DNA of 49,273 nt from Methanobacteriota archaeon. GTDB taxonomy: Archaea; Thermoplasmatota; Poseidoniia; Poseidoniales; Poseidoniaceae. The stretch spans positions 1-49,273 of the forward strand of contig PSPR01000005.1 of NCBI GenBank assembly GCA_004195515.1, in the 5' to 3' direction. The translations under genes and the position numbers were made by a program. Shown one piece after another: positions 18,954 through 28,973 of the stretch (position 1 is its first letter; each line of letters starts with the position of its first letter). Under the pieces are notes generated by a model. That model was not told where the DNA came from. It ran no database searches and saw only the letters and a program-made list of their open reading frames with translations.

Positions 18954-20644
18954 TCCTCTTCCTCGCACTCTTCGATACCAATCTTCATTTTAAGAATGTC
19001 ACGGGCATAATCGTCCATCATGAACGACACTCTGGCTGCAACCCATACCGGACAAAGATATTGTCCGCATCTTAGGATTGAAGAACCTCTTTCAATTTTT
19101 ACTGGAAAATCTTCGATGGTTGGTACTTCGCCATTTAACATCGAGATAATGATATCCAATTCGACATCGATCAAACCGTTCTTGAGGTGAGGGCGTAACA
19201 ATTCCAATGCTTCTTGGCGTGGCCGCCAGATTCCTTTATTGTCGACGAATGTCGGTTGGCCAACATGGATTACTCTTAGGGGGTGGAATGCATCACCAGG
19301 CCAAAAATCACCTTTTGAGTTCTGAACCTTTGGTGTGTATAACCGATCTTTTGCCATCTTGGCGGAGAGATTTACTCGCTTCCCTCGTTGCCACCAAGAG
19401 AAATCATCAGAATTGAGTCCCCATTGTTTACAAATGGTATCTATTGTTTCTTGTTGTGCTGGAATCGATGTGTGACGATTTGGTTTTTGTTTATCCATCA
19501 CTCTTGGTTCTCGCATCAATTCGCGTTTGAGAATCATAGATTTACAAACCCCTTCAGGGGTTCGCTCGGCTACATGTTCCAATAAGGCGATGTAGAATCC
19601 ACCGGTATCATTGTCGTGTTGATGAACTCTAATTGTATAATCCAATGGCGGAGACTCTTCTTCTCTCTGACTGGGGTTGAGCATATTTTCAGATAACCCT
19701 GGGAGTTTTGGTAACTCCCCGGTCCATTCGACCACATTGACATCTTGGTCAAGAATCGGCCAATCATCGATTCCACGATGGACCTTCAATCCAGGCAGTA
19801 ACCTATCGGCTTCGATATTTACTAATCTTAACCATGGTGCGCGCCTGAGAATTTCACAAATAGCAGCTTCGTTTTCAGTCGGGTCAAGCGAGCAGGTTGA
19901 ATAGACCATTCTGCCGCCTGGTACCAATAATTGGGCGGCGCGATAAGCGATATCGGTTTGCAATCGAAATAGTGAGCGCCCCTCTTTAGGTGACCATTTC
20001 CACCATAATTCCTTATTTTTTCGAGTCGTTGCTGTGCCGGTACATGGGGCGTCCACCACGATTCCATCAACGCCGGGCGTAGCGATTCGGCCAAAGTGTC
20101 GACCATCGTGTTGAGTGATCAGCATATTTGTCAAACCGAGTCGGCCACGGTTTGTTACCAACATATTGAGACGTCCCGAAGACGGTTCGTTTGCTAAGAC
20201 CAGGCCGTTGGGAACGGCCTCGGCCAATTGGGTAGCTTTCGACCCCGGGGCTGCACATGTGTCCAAGATCATTTGGTCAGGTTTTGGTTCAAGTATGACC
20301 GGGGGTATCATCGAGACCGCTTCTTGACGGGTAACACGCCCAGTCTCATGGAGTGAAATCATTAATTTCTTGGTTTGGTCATCCGGCATATCCCCTTTGG
20401 AAAATGGCATGACCCAAGCTTCGGTATCAGGCATCCAATCGATCGGTTTTCCGCCGACACTACGCAGTTTTTCTCGGGTCCAATCAGCGTCGTGTCGGCC
20501 GGGTGTTAGCCGCATAGTAACCGGAAGTGGAGAGGCTGCGACCTCAAGCCATTCTTCGACATTTATTCCAAGGCTTGCTGCTAATTTGGCCAGTGGTTTA
20601 GTTGCCAAATCTTCGAGCAATTCCTCGTCAGCAGCCCGGACCAT
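18950..20644 (-). CDS. RsmB/NOP2/NSUN-family RNA m5C methyltransferase
   Basis: RQEAVSMIP, DTCAAPGSK, DAPCTG, YSTCS..ENE, GFYIA. Confidence 0.92.
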   Translation of the reverse strand: MVRAADEELLEDLATKPLAKLAASLGINVEEWLEVAASPLPVTMRLTPGRHDADWTREKLRSVGGKPIDWMPDTEAWVMPFSKGDMPDDQTKKLMISLHETGRVTRQEAVSMIPPVILEPKPDQMILDTCAAPGSKATQLAEAVPNGLVLANEPSSGRLNMLVTNRGRLGLTNMLITQHDGRHFGRIATPGVDGIVVDAPCTGTATTRKNKELWWKWSPKEGRSLFRLQTDIAYRAAQLLVPGGRMVYSTCSLDPTENEAAICEILRRAPWLRLVNIEADRLLPGLKVHRGIDDWPILDQDVNVVEWTGELPKLPGLSENMLNPSQREEESPPLDYTIRVHQHDNDTGGFYIALLEHVAERTPEGVCKSMILKRELMREPRVMDKQKPNRHTSIPAQQETIDTICKQWGLNSDDFSWWQRGKRVNLSAKMAKDRLYTPKVQNSKGDFWPGDAFHPLRVIHVGQPTFVDNKGIWRPRQEALELLRPHLKNGLIDVELDIIISMLNGEVPTIEDFPVKIERGSSILRCGQYLCPVWVAARVSFMMDDYARDILKMKIGIEECEEEE

Positions 20645-20716
20645 GACCCCGGGGTCAGGTTTCTCACTCTTGAGTGCTTGTGCAGGTCTTATGGCTGTGA
20701 AGCAAGTGGCCAAATC

Positions 20717-21589
20717 ATGGCGGAGATGTTGGTCACCATGGCATTCATTTCCGCTCTTGCGATGATTGTTGCAGGTTTGCAAGATAAGTTCTTAAAAATT
20801 GGTTGGTTGACTTTATTATTATTGGTAATAATAGGCTTCACACTTCCTGTGAATGCCTTCGCATATGATGGCGGTTTGGCTCTAATAATTTCGGTCGGCG
20901 CAATGTTGAGTTGCGCTTCTTACAAAATGGAAAATAAGGAATCGGTCTTGATGGCAGGGATATTGATTTCGGTTTCTTTGTTGACGATGTTTCCAAGTGA
21001 AGCATATTCAGAAGATTTGCTCAAAAAGAACATGACTCCTACAATTCTTTACTTGATAGTAGGCTTTTTGGTCACTAGTAGATTTGATCGATTCAAATTA
21101 GGAGGAGCCTTGGCTGCTTCAATCATTGTAGGATTTACACCGGCGATGATTTGTGCAATTTCTATTTCGATTATATCGACGATGAAAATATTGGATTCAA
21201 AAATCAATCTCGGCACAGGGACCGGCCGCTCGGTGGGGTTGGGGATTACAATTTTGATAGGCATCATTGTTATTTTCATCAGCACCTGGGTTCAAGCGGG
21301 CGCAATTCCACGAATCGGCGAAGGTTCTGGTGCGGTTGCGGTTAGCCTTTGGATGTTGGTCGTAATCGTTAGTTTGGGCCTGATCGGAATGCTTGCGCCA
21401 TTGGTTGGGTTCGACGCTCACCCCCGCCCAGAGGCGTGGGGATGGAGGATGGGATTGGCAATTTCACCGATCATTCTTACCATGGTAACCGATTTGGCGG
21501 TATTCACTTTGGTAGGAATTTCTATCGCAATTTTGATTTCGATGACAGGCCCCTTGGTTCTAGAAAAGAAGGTCGAAAAAACCGCTTAA
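20717..21589 (+). CDS. Hypothetical multi-pass membrane protein
   Basis: About 9-10 TM segments; GFDAHPRPEAWGW loop. Confidence 0.65.
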   Translation: MAEMLVTMAFISALAMIVAGLQDKFLKIGWLTLLLLVIIGFTLPVNAFAYDGGLALIISVGAMLSCASYKMENKESVLMAGILISVSLLTMFPSEAYSEDLLKKNMTPTILYLIVGFLVTSRFDRFKLGGALAASIIVGFTPAMICAISISIISTMKILDSKINLGTGTGRSVGLGITILIGIIVIFISTWVQAGAIPRIGEGSGAVAVSLWMLVVIVSLGLIGMLAPLVGFDAHPRPEAWGWRMGLAISPIILTMVTDLAVFTLVGISIAILISMTGPLVLEKKVEKTA

Positions 21590-21598
21590 GACCCGGGA

Positions 21599-22039
21599 AT
21601 GCCCCCCAACGCTTATCTATGGTTGAAAGCGGATTGGTATTTGGAGAATTCCGATTCTCCAACAGGGATGGGGATCCTAATGGGAAGAGCATTTAGAGAC
21701 GGCATAAGCCAAGATAGCAAGCTGAGCATGAGACCAAAACTTAGGTCTTGGAAGCCATTAGCCGATTTACAAGGTCTATCAGGCCGAACAAAATCAATCG
21801 GTGACGGCATGGGACCGTTGGTCGATGTACCGGCTATGGTTAGAATTGAAAACGAGCAATGGGTATTCGAGCGAATCGATCAAGAAACCCTGATGCATCT
21901 AACTCATCGACTGATAATTCACGAAGATTCTGGCACCAGAACCTTAGGCGCAACCTTGGATTTAAACACCGCAATGCAAGTTGCACAAGGCATTGCTCGA
22001 AATGAGGGTTCAGTGGTTCTTATCGAGCCACTACGCTAA
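21599..22039 (+). CDS. Hypothetical protein
   Basis: 146-aa ORF co-oriented with and adjacent to the upstream gene. Confidence 0.6.
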   Translation: MPPNAYLWLKADWYLENSDSPTGMGILMGRAFRDGISQDSKLSMRPKLRSWKPLADLQGLSGRTKSIGDGMGPLVDVPAMVRIENEQWVFERIDQETLMHLTHRLIIHEDSGTRTLGATLDLNTAMQVAQGIARNEGSVVLIEPLR

Positions 22040-22048
22040 GATTTGTTC

Positions 22049-22231
22049 TCAGAACATGTTTGCAATCCACGAGATTACATTGTGGTTGAGCAGATAAAAG
22101 AATGCTGAGATTCCAATACAAGCGATGTAGATTTGAAGAGGAGTAATTTTCCAAGCATCCTCGGATTCCTCGTCGAAATATCGAATTAGACCAGCTGCTT
22201 GCTGGATTCCGCTGCCATCCTTTTTGGCCAT
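22049..22231 (-). CDS. secG: Preprotein translocase subunit Sec61beta
   Basis: AGLIRYFDEE..KITP followed by a single TM. Confidence 0.9.
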   Translation of the reverse strand: MAKKDGSGIQQAAGLIRYFDEESEDAWKITPLQIYIACIGISAFFYLLNHNVISWIANMF

Positions 22232-22283
22232 GAGACTCATCCCGCCCACACGCCTTCCCTTTATCAACGCGACGCGCGGCCAT

Positions 22284-23006
22284 TCATTCCTCTTCTACGG
22301 TCAAATCCACCAAAGGAATTTCTTCTTCTTCTACCATGAGGACACTTGCACCATAGTCGACGTCTTCAACTTCGATATCGATCGAGTTGGCTTCCATCCG
22401 GGCTAAAGCCCGTAGGACCGCAGGCGCATTATCATCCGCTAGAGCATTGCGAGCATGGATGAGTTCCTCAGAATCACCTAGTGAATTCTTGGTTTTTTCA
22501 ATCATTTCTTCGAGGTCGTTTCGAGCATGAGATATATGCGATAGCCAATTGATTTCATTTTCTTTTACAGTAGTGAATTTCCGGTTAAACCTACTTGCAA
22601 AAGATAACTCCCAAGGCTTGTGAGCCAATGATGCCGTTAGATCAAAAATAATTCTCGCCCGCGATTCGAGCGGTCCTTGAAGGGTGATGATATTGACATA
22701 ACACTTAGTGATCAGTCCAAATCCCCAATACGGCATCGATTCGACCTTGACCGACAGATCGCCTGCTACCGCATTGAAAATCCAACGTTGCTCATCGAAG
22801 CGTGGCGATTGTTCAACCTTGGGTGTACTGATGCCAGAGATGACTTTGAGCAGAGTCGTAGCAACATCACCTACCCATACAGATGTTGTATTTGCAGGAT
22901 GATTTTTCAGGCGCAAATTTCCTTCTAAATCGTGACCATGACTGGGCCCGGCTTTGCGAACTTGGGCGAAAAGGATTGATTCTAGTGGGTCTAGTAATCC
23001 TTCCAT
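22284..23006 (-). CDS. Hypothetical protein with acidic C-terminus
   Basis: 240-aa ORF filling the gap between genes. Confidence 0.65.
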   Translation of the reverse strand: MEGLLDPLESILFAQVRKAGPSHGHDLEGNLRLKNHPANTTSVWVGDVATTLLKVISGISTPKVEQSPRFDEQRWIFNAVAGDLSVKVESMPYWGFGLITKCYVNIITLQGPLESRARIIFDLTASLAHKPWELSFASRFNRKFTTVKENEINWLSHISHARNDLEEMIEKTKNSLGDSEELIHARNALADDNAPAVLRALARMEANSIDIEVEDVDYGASVLMVEEEEIPLVDLTVEEE

Positions 23007-23101
23007 AACTCAATGCGATGGAGGGGATGACCATGAAATGTGCGTAGAATTGGCCAAAGGGTTCATGAGCGATGAGGGTTACAGCGATTTGTGATGAAGA
23101 C

Positions 23102-23488
23102 ATGGCTGCCAAGTCTAAGAAGAACCCACTCGCAAATTTGATGACCTTACCGGGCATCGGCAAAGGCAAAGCTCAGAAATTATACAATGCCGGAATAAAA
23201 AGTGCATCTAGTGTGGCTAAAGCTAGTGTGAAAAGGTTGGAATCCGCAGGGTTATCAGCAAGGTTGATTGCAAAAATCAAACCTACAAAACCAACTGAAA
23301 AGGCCGCTCCAAAAAAGAAGGCAACTCCAAAGAAGAAGGCAACTCCAAAGAAGAAAGCTGCACCTAAAAAGAAGAATCCATCAAAGGCAAAATCGAAGCC
23401 TAAACCAGCCGTTGCTGGTAGAAAAGGTTCAGATCTAAAAGTGCCTTCGCTAAAAGAGATGCTAAAACGCATTAATGCTAACCGCTAA
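23102..23488 (+). CDS. Helix-hairpin-helix protein with histone-H1-like Lys/Ala/Pro repeats
   Basis: LPGIGKGKAQKL HhH; PKKKAT/PKKKAA tandem repeats (18-bp DNA unit). Confidence 0.75.
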   Translation: MAAKSKKNPLANLMTLPGIGKGKAQKLYNAGIKSASSVAKASVKRLESAGLSARLIAKIKPTKPTEKAAPKKKATPKKKATPKKKAAPKKKNPSKAKSKPKPAVAGRKGSDLKVPSLKEMLKRINANR

Positions 23489-23496
23489 GGTCATTA

Positions 23497-24510
23497 TTAT
23501 TGCTCATTCTCTTGAGAGAATAGAGAACTTTGCGCTCGCTTGTACACCTCTCTTAAGGTCTGGTCACTTATTTCCAAATAGACCCGAGTCGTCGCAATAC
23601 TCGCATGACCGAGCAATCTTTGAATAGTTACCAAATCCGCTCCTCTCTCCAAAAGTCCAGTAGCAAAATTATGACGTAATACGTGCGGGGTGACCCTGCT
23701 ACGTGGGATTTCAGCGTCATCAGCAAGTCGATTCATCATTCTTTGAACAGTTCTTGTTTGCAAACTTGTGCCTTTTGTCGTAACTAGTAATTGATCGTTG
23801 TTTGGATTTCTCAAGTCTCGTAAAGGCAACCATTCTTGAATTCGTTGGACTGTTTCTTGTGTAAAAAGAATTAGGCGATCTTTGTCTCCTTTTCCACCCA
23901 CTACCATCGCCGAGCGGTCGTTCAAATCTATATCTGTTAATTGAAGAGAACACAATTCACTAACTCGCATGCCGGTCTCTAGCAATATTGTTACCACTAG
24001 ATTTGCGACCGGGTCTTCACTTTGTCCAGCGACCATTCTTACCATTGATAATTCTCTTCGGGTGAGTGTGCGTGGTAATTTTTTCCCGCTGCGTGGGCGG
24101 GTCAAATGATCCGGCCATTTTTGCCCTAGCCAATTTATCAGATGGTTTGCAGCAGCATATCTGGCTTTGATAGTCGAAGCCGATTTATCGCCCAATGATT
24201 GAACCCACATATCTAGTCGGCCATTGAGTGGCTCAATTCGATCAAGCAATTTTTCAACCGTTATTTTTTGAAATTCTACTTCGCTAAGAATCGCTTCACC
24301 AGGCAGCGGAGTTTCGATGAATAATCTCAAGGAAATAATATAGGATTTTTGAGTGTTAATCGATTTGCTTTCGCTCGCCATTTGTGTCCGGTAAGTGCTC
24401 AGCCAAGGCAAATGTGCTCGATGAACCAATCGCGGTGGAAGTTCGGGACCATCGATGTATAAGCGTCGCTGAATAGCGCTATGCTTAGCCTGAAAGGTCC
24501 CTCTTCTCAT
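23497..24510 (-). CDS. xerA: Tyrosine recombinase, XerA-like
   Basis: KKLPR, TGMRVSE, GKGDKDR, TPHVLRHNFAT, LLGHAS..TTRVY; stand-alone in a housekeeping context; ATG after GGTGA. Confidence 0.85.
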   Translation of the reverse strand: MRRGTFQAKHSAIQRRLYIDGPELPPRLVHRAHLPWLSTYRTQMASESKSINTQKSYIISLRLFIETPLPGEAILSEVEFQKITVEKLLDRIEPLNGRLDMWVQSLGDKSASTIKARYAAANHLINWLGQKWPDHLTRPRSGKKLPRTLTRRELSMVRMVAGQSEDPVANLVVTILLETGMRVSELCSLQLTDIDLNDRSAMVVGGKGDKDRLILFTQETVQRIQEWLPLRDLRNPNNDQLLVTTKGTSLQTRTVQRMMNRLADDAEIPRSRVTPHVLRHNFATGLLERGADLVTIQRLLGHASIATTRVYLEISDQTLREVYKRAQSSLFSQENEQ

Positions 24511-24620
24511 CAGCGTCACCGCCTAAGCCCGCGTCAGCGAGCCGTGCATCCCGTGTCCCGAAGGACAATTGGCCCATTTGAGGCACCGTGCTAATGAAGA
24601 TAGCGCGCGAAAGCCCAATC

Positions 24621-25799
24621 TCAAGACTCGATTGGAGGGTGTTCTTGGTCGGCCACTGGCAAATTGAGAGCTTTCTTCAAATTGATGCGTAATTGAGAAA
24701 GGTCACCGTAACAAATCAGGGTATCAGGGAACCTCAATTGGAGGTCAGGCTCGGGATTCCAAATCAAATCACCAGCCCGTGATAATGCGAAAACAGGCAT
24801 CTCGCCTTTGAATAAGCTGGAAATCGGCTTGCCAATAAATTTAGGATGATTTCTTAAGTGAATCGATAAAACGCCTTGTCCGGGAACGGCGCGTAATAAC
24901 TGGTCGACATTTATCTGTGAAAAATCGGATTCTCCAATGATATAATCGATAATTTCTCCAGCAACATTTACCCCACTTGCTTTCTCGATACCCTCAAGTC
25001 CAGGCGAGGAATTTACTTCCAAAACCAATGGTCCATCATTGCCTTCGAGCAGATCAACCCCTGCGACATTTAGTCCTAAAACTCGAGCCGCTCGGCAAGC
25101 AACCACGGCATATTCCGGCGATAATTCAACATGTTCAACAGTGCCATTGAGATGGAAATTTGAGCGAAATTCTCGACCGCGAGCCTTTCTACGCATGCTT
25201 GCGACCACCTTGTCACCGACGACGAACGCTCTTACATCTTTGCCGTGACTCTCGGCGATGTATTCTTGGATCAGCACAGCTTTTCCGGTCATCAATAAAC
25301 CTTGGACCAAATTTTTGGTCTCATGAATAGTATGGCGTAAAAAGACTCCTTGCCCTTGGGTTCCTTGGGTTACTTTCACTACCGCTGGAAGTCCACCGAC
25401 CGCTTCAATCGCTCGTTCGATATCTTTCATATCGCGCACGTACGCGGTCGCAGGAGTCGGAATTTTATTACGCGCCAAGATTTGTCCAGCATGTAATTTA
25501 TCACGCGACTGAAGGATACCTTGGCTTGAATTTGCAGTCCAAACCTCCATTTGCTCAAGATGGCGAAGCACAGCAACTCCATGTTTTGTTATCGAGTGAC
25601 CGATTCGTGGGATAACCGCTTCAAAATTAAATTGCATTCCTTTATGCAAAATTCCGATATCTTGGTCTGCAACAAATAATGAAAATTGCATTGGGTCGAG
25701 CACTTCGACATCGATGTTTCGAGCCCTCGCTTCTTCGACCAAACGACGGGTGCTATACAAGCGCGGGCCGCGCGAGAGAACAGCCAATCTTGTCGCCAT
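24621..25799 (-). CDS. rimK: RimK-family ATP-grasp glutamate ligase with C-terminal TrkA-C-like domain
   Basis: LYSTRRL, IPRIG, SRDKL, GTQGQGV, QEYI, FRSNFH, EVNSSPGLEGIE; extra C-terminal domain of about 90 aa. Confidence 0.88.
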   Translation of the reverse strand: MATRLAVLSRGPRLYSTRRLVEEARARNIDVEVLDPMQFSLFVADQDIGILHKGMQFNFEAVIPRIGHSITKHGVAVLRHLEQMEVWTANSSQGILQSRDKLHAGQILARNKIPTPATAYVRDMKDIERAIEAVGGLPAVVKVTQGTQGQGVFLRHTIHETKNLVQGLLMTGKAVLIQEYIAESHGKDVRAFVVGDKVVASMRRKARGREFRSNFHLNGTVEHVELSPEYAVVACRAARVLGLNVAGVDLLEGNDGPLVLEVNSSPGLEGIEKASGVNVAGEIIDYIIGESDFSQINVDQLLRAVPGQGVLSIHLRNHPKFIGKPISSLFKGEMPVFALSRAGDLIWNPEPDLQLRFPDTLICYGDLSQLRINLKKALNLPVADQEHPPIES

Positions 25800-25886
25800 G
25801 AATTTGGGCGCGTCATCACCCTTCTTGAGACCTTTGGGCCTCGCTTCAATAGTTTAATTCAAGACATAAGTAGGAATGGCCATGCC

Positions 25887-26885
25887 ATGGGCGAGGAAAT
25901 CGATGCTGAACAAGCCGTTGAAGAAGAGGATGACAGCCCGGTCGAAATTACCATCGAACAAAGGTTAGAATTTCTTCGAAAGGCTCGCTGGAATGTATTC
26001 ATGTATCTAGGGATTGCAATCTTGATGTTTGCATTTGCGATGTTCCCATTTTCACACGAGATGGAAATGGATTCGAGGGTTTCAGATTATCCAACCGGTT
26101 ATATTTGGGGTGTAGTACTTCCCGGAGAAGATTTCACCGATGTCCCAGTTGAAGTCTCAATCGATGTAGCCAATATTCCAGCAGATACCAATAGTATCGA
26201 GGTAACGGTTATCAAGGCGAATAATTGTGCTGTACCAGAGGTTGCAATTGGACAAAATGATGCCCGAACCGGGTATGAAAGTCATTCCAATCAGATTTGG
26301 ATTATCGATGATGTTTCGGTTGGAAGCACTTATGAGCATACTTTCAAAATAGATCCTGGGCTTTATTGTGTCGAGATATTTATCGATTCAGATGAATCGG
26401 TCGGATATGACGTCACCATCGATGTATCTACATATCCAAACCAATTCATTGCGGGAGCACTTGGAACATTTTGTCTAGCCTTGTCATTATTCGCCTTTAT
26501 CGGAGCGCAAAAACACGGTAAATTTGTTAAAAATCTAATCGCACCTGAAAAGGAATTATCGATTGAGGATAAAGTGTTGGCAGAAACCAGTTCCACCCGG
26601 CTCGCTGTAGGTCCGAGTGGTCCTCCGAACGCCGATGGACCCGGTGGACCACCTACCGAGGCAGGTCCAAGCGGTCCGCCTTCTGCAGGTCCAAGCGGTC
26701 CGCCTTCCGCGGGTCCAAGCGGCCCTCCAAAATCTTCACCCGTTGAGGAACCAGCAAAGGTTGCAGATGTTTACGAAGATCAGGGTGAAGGATATTATTT
26801 CAGAAAATTCCCAGATGGGACATATGACCAAACCGTCTACGTTGTAGAAGAGGGTCAATATATTCCGTATCGAGCACCAGAATAG
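25887..26885 (+). CDS. Hypothetical two-TM membrane protein with Gly/Pro-rich tail
   Basis: Two TM segments flanking a beta-rich domain; AGPSGPPS repeats. Confidence 0.7.
   Translation: MGEEIDAEQAVEEEDDSPVEITIEQRLEFLRKARWNVFMYLGIAILMFAFAMFPFSHEMEMDSRVSDYPTGYIWGVVLPGEDFTDVPVEVSIDVANIPADTNSIEVTVIKANNCAVPEVAIGQNDARTGYESHSNQIWIIDDVSVGSTYEHTFKIDPGLYCVEIFIDSDESVGYDVTIDVSTYPNQFIAGALGTFCLALSLFAFIGAQKHGKFVKNLIAPEKELSIEDKVLAETSSTRLAVGPSGPPNADGPGGPPTEAGPSGPPSAGPSGPPSAGPSGPPKSSPVEEPAKVADVYEDQGEGYYFRKFPDGTYDQTVYVVEEGQYIPYRAPE
26661..26729 (+). repeat. 24-bp coding tandem repeat (AGPSGPPS x3)
   Basis: GCAGGTCCAAGCGGTCCGCCTTCT-like units at 26661, 26685 and 26709. Confidence 0.85.
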
Positions 26886-26950
26886 AAAAATACGGTTAAT
26901 GTTGTCGCATTTAGCCCCATCCTTGAAAGAGGGTGAATGGCCCGTCAATA

Positions 26951-28960
26951 ATGAAGGGTGAGCATTTGGTTGACGAACTGTCCTCGAATACCGTGGTCCA
27001 ATTGAAGGTCATGTGTAAGGAGCACGGCTTATCAACGGCTGGAAAAAAGGCCGAAATCATCTCTCGTCTCGATGAATTTCTTAACGAAGAGTCCCTTTCG
27101 ATGGACGATGAAGCCGACGCGGTTCCATTGCCGGAAATAGAAGAGGAAGAAATTTTAATCGCTGAATTTCTTGAAGCTGATCTAATAGAGGAAGAACTGC
27201 CACACAAAATCGCATCGATTTCAAGTCCTAACACCTTGATGGACCAAATTAAACAACCGAAGGTGGCCGCTGTGCTCATCACACTATTACTTGCAACCGG
27301 AGGATGGTATTGGTATGTTAGCAACCAACTCGAGCCCTTTACTGCTGATGATTTACGCTATGGCGACTCGATAGAATATAGTATTCTCAATGGCGACCTC
27401 GATGTTACCGACGGTTTCATCGATTTGGTAATGGATAATCTCGATTCCGAAGATGATGTTTGTCGCCTACATTTACAATTTGAAGGTGAAGGCTCCTCTT
27501 CGGTTACCGAAGGTGGTTCTAATGAATTGGAATTTGAATTTGATAATGATTTATTGGGAGCGGTTAGAGCAAAGGGTTCTATGGGATTGGATTGGTTAAC
27601 AGTTGAGAAAAAATTGACTCATAATTTCGATAAAATGACAATCTCTAGACATCTTTCTAACACGCTTACCGATTGTAGTTCATTCGCAGAGGGGGCTGAT
27701 GCACAAATGAGTTTACAGACAACAACTTGGACTGAGATTTCAGAACAAGAAATCATCGCAACAAAAGCCGATTGGAGCCTCAATGTGAAAAATGATAATT
27801 ATCAAGGTTCAACCATGTCGTTCGGAGTTGGTGGATTATTGGGCTCGCTTGAATCAGCAGCACCAGGGGTATTGATGGTATTTTCACCGGTTGAAATCCG
27901 AGAGGTAATCGGAACTTCCTTGATAGAAACAGGGGTTACCGGAACATCGATGGGCTGGGAATGGCGGGTGATTGGACCGGATATGGCAGGTGATGAACCA
28001 GCGTGGAAAATCGCCTTAGAGCACAAAGAAATCCGAGATAATTGTTTAGGTCATGCTCGGGTAACTATGTGGGTAGTTGCCGATTCTCCTTGGGCTATTT
28101 CTCAAAATGTCGATGTCAAAATTACCGGCAAAGATGGCGACCGCTCTTCTTGTGGCGCCGCGACTCAAATCCTTGGTGACATGATTCTACCCAAAGGCAC
28201 CCTCACTCTAAAATTGGATATTTTCAAGCATGATATCAACAGGGGAACCAAACTTCTCGACATGGGGGTTGGATACGATTCTTTACCGAGTGCTGGCCAT
28301 CATACCCCTACCTCGAAGCAATTGCAGGATTGGGGTGATAATGAATTGCATTTACCAGACCAATCATCTTTGCGTCAATATCCACTAGAGGTTGCAGCCT
28401 CTTGTATTCCATTCCTTTCTGAGGCGGTAGCTGCAAGAGCTGCATTGGATGATGATGGTTATATTTGGCGTGCGATTGATAATAGAAGTTCGACCAAGAC
28501 AACATGGAATATTTCATGGGTAAATTCTGATCCAAATTCAGGCTGGGTAAAACTTGATATTTCAGGTTCTCCAAGTTCTGAAAATTGTACTTACATCGGC
28601 CATGGCAGCCATAATAATAACGGCGCACATAATAGAAATGAAATTCCTCCAGCACTTAACATTTCGATGATGGAAGACGATCTTACAGATCGAGCTCGAT
28701 TCCCAGTTCTTTCGGGTAGTGATGGCTTTTTCACCAGTACGGGTCAATATCAACCCGAGACCCGGATTGGGCATTTGGTAGTCACTCCAAATGGCGATTA
28801 TTCCGATTGGATCAACCGCTTTAAGACCGGCGATACCGGTGCGACAACCTTGGACTTGTCACGTAATTGGAATTCGGACGGCTGGTCGAATACTCTCACA
28901 TTGGCGATGGATGCTACCAGCGGTCAAGTTATCGGTTGGAACCTTTACCAATCAAAATGA
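26951..28960 (+). CDS. SAP-domain single-pass membrane protein with large extracellular region
   Basis: TVVQLKVMCKEHGLSTAGKKAEIISRL (SAP), acidic linker, TM, about 540-aa external domain. Confidence 0.8.
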   Translation: MKGEHLVDELSSNTVVQLKVMCKEHGLSTAGKKAEIISRLDEFLNEESLSMDDEADAVPLPEIEEEEILIAEFLEADLIEEELPHKIASISSPNTLMDQIKQPKVAAVLITLLLATGGWYWYVSNQLEPFTADDLRYGDSIEYSILNGDLDVTDGFIDLVMDNLDSEDDVCRLHLQFEGEGSSSVTEGGSNELEFEFDNDLLGAVRAKGSMGLDWLTVEKKLTHNFDKMTISRHLSNTLTDCSSFAEGADAQMSLQTTTWTEISEQEIIATKADWSLNVKNDNYQGSTMSFGVGGLLGSLESAAPGVLMVFSPVEIREVIGTSLIETGVTGTSMGWEWRVIGPDMAGDEPAWKIALEHKEIRDNCLGHARVTMWVVADSPWAISQNVDVKITGKDGDRSSCGAATQILGDMILPKGTLTLKLDIFKHDINRGTKLLDMGVGYDSLPSAGHHTPTSKQLQDWGDNELHLPDQSSLRQYPLEVAASCIPFLSEAVAARAALDDDGYIWRAIDNRSSTKTTWNISWVNSDPNSGWVKLDISGSPSSENCTYIGHGSHNNNGAHNRNEIPPALNISMMEDDLTDRARFPVLSGSDGFFTSTGQYQPETRIGHLVVTPNGDYSDWINRFKTGDTGATTLDLSRNWNSDGWSNTLTLAMDATSGQVIGWNLYQSK

Positions 28961-28973
28961 GATTGGTGATAAG

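Noticed and set aside
23497-24510. Provirus or genomic-island integrase
   Set aside because: Not adjacent to a tRNA, no att pair or viral/cargo genes, and housekeeping neighbours; fits chromosomal XerA.
24480-24620. 5S rRNA, SRP RNA, hammerhead or a known riboswitch
   Set aside because: Only short fragments match (TAAGCCCGC, CTGATGA); the required conserved motifs are missing.
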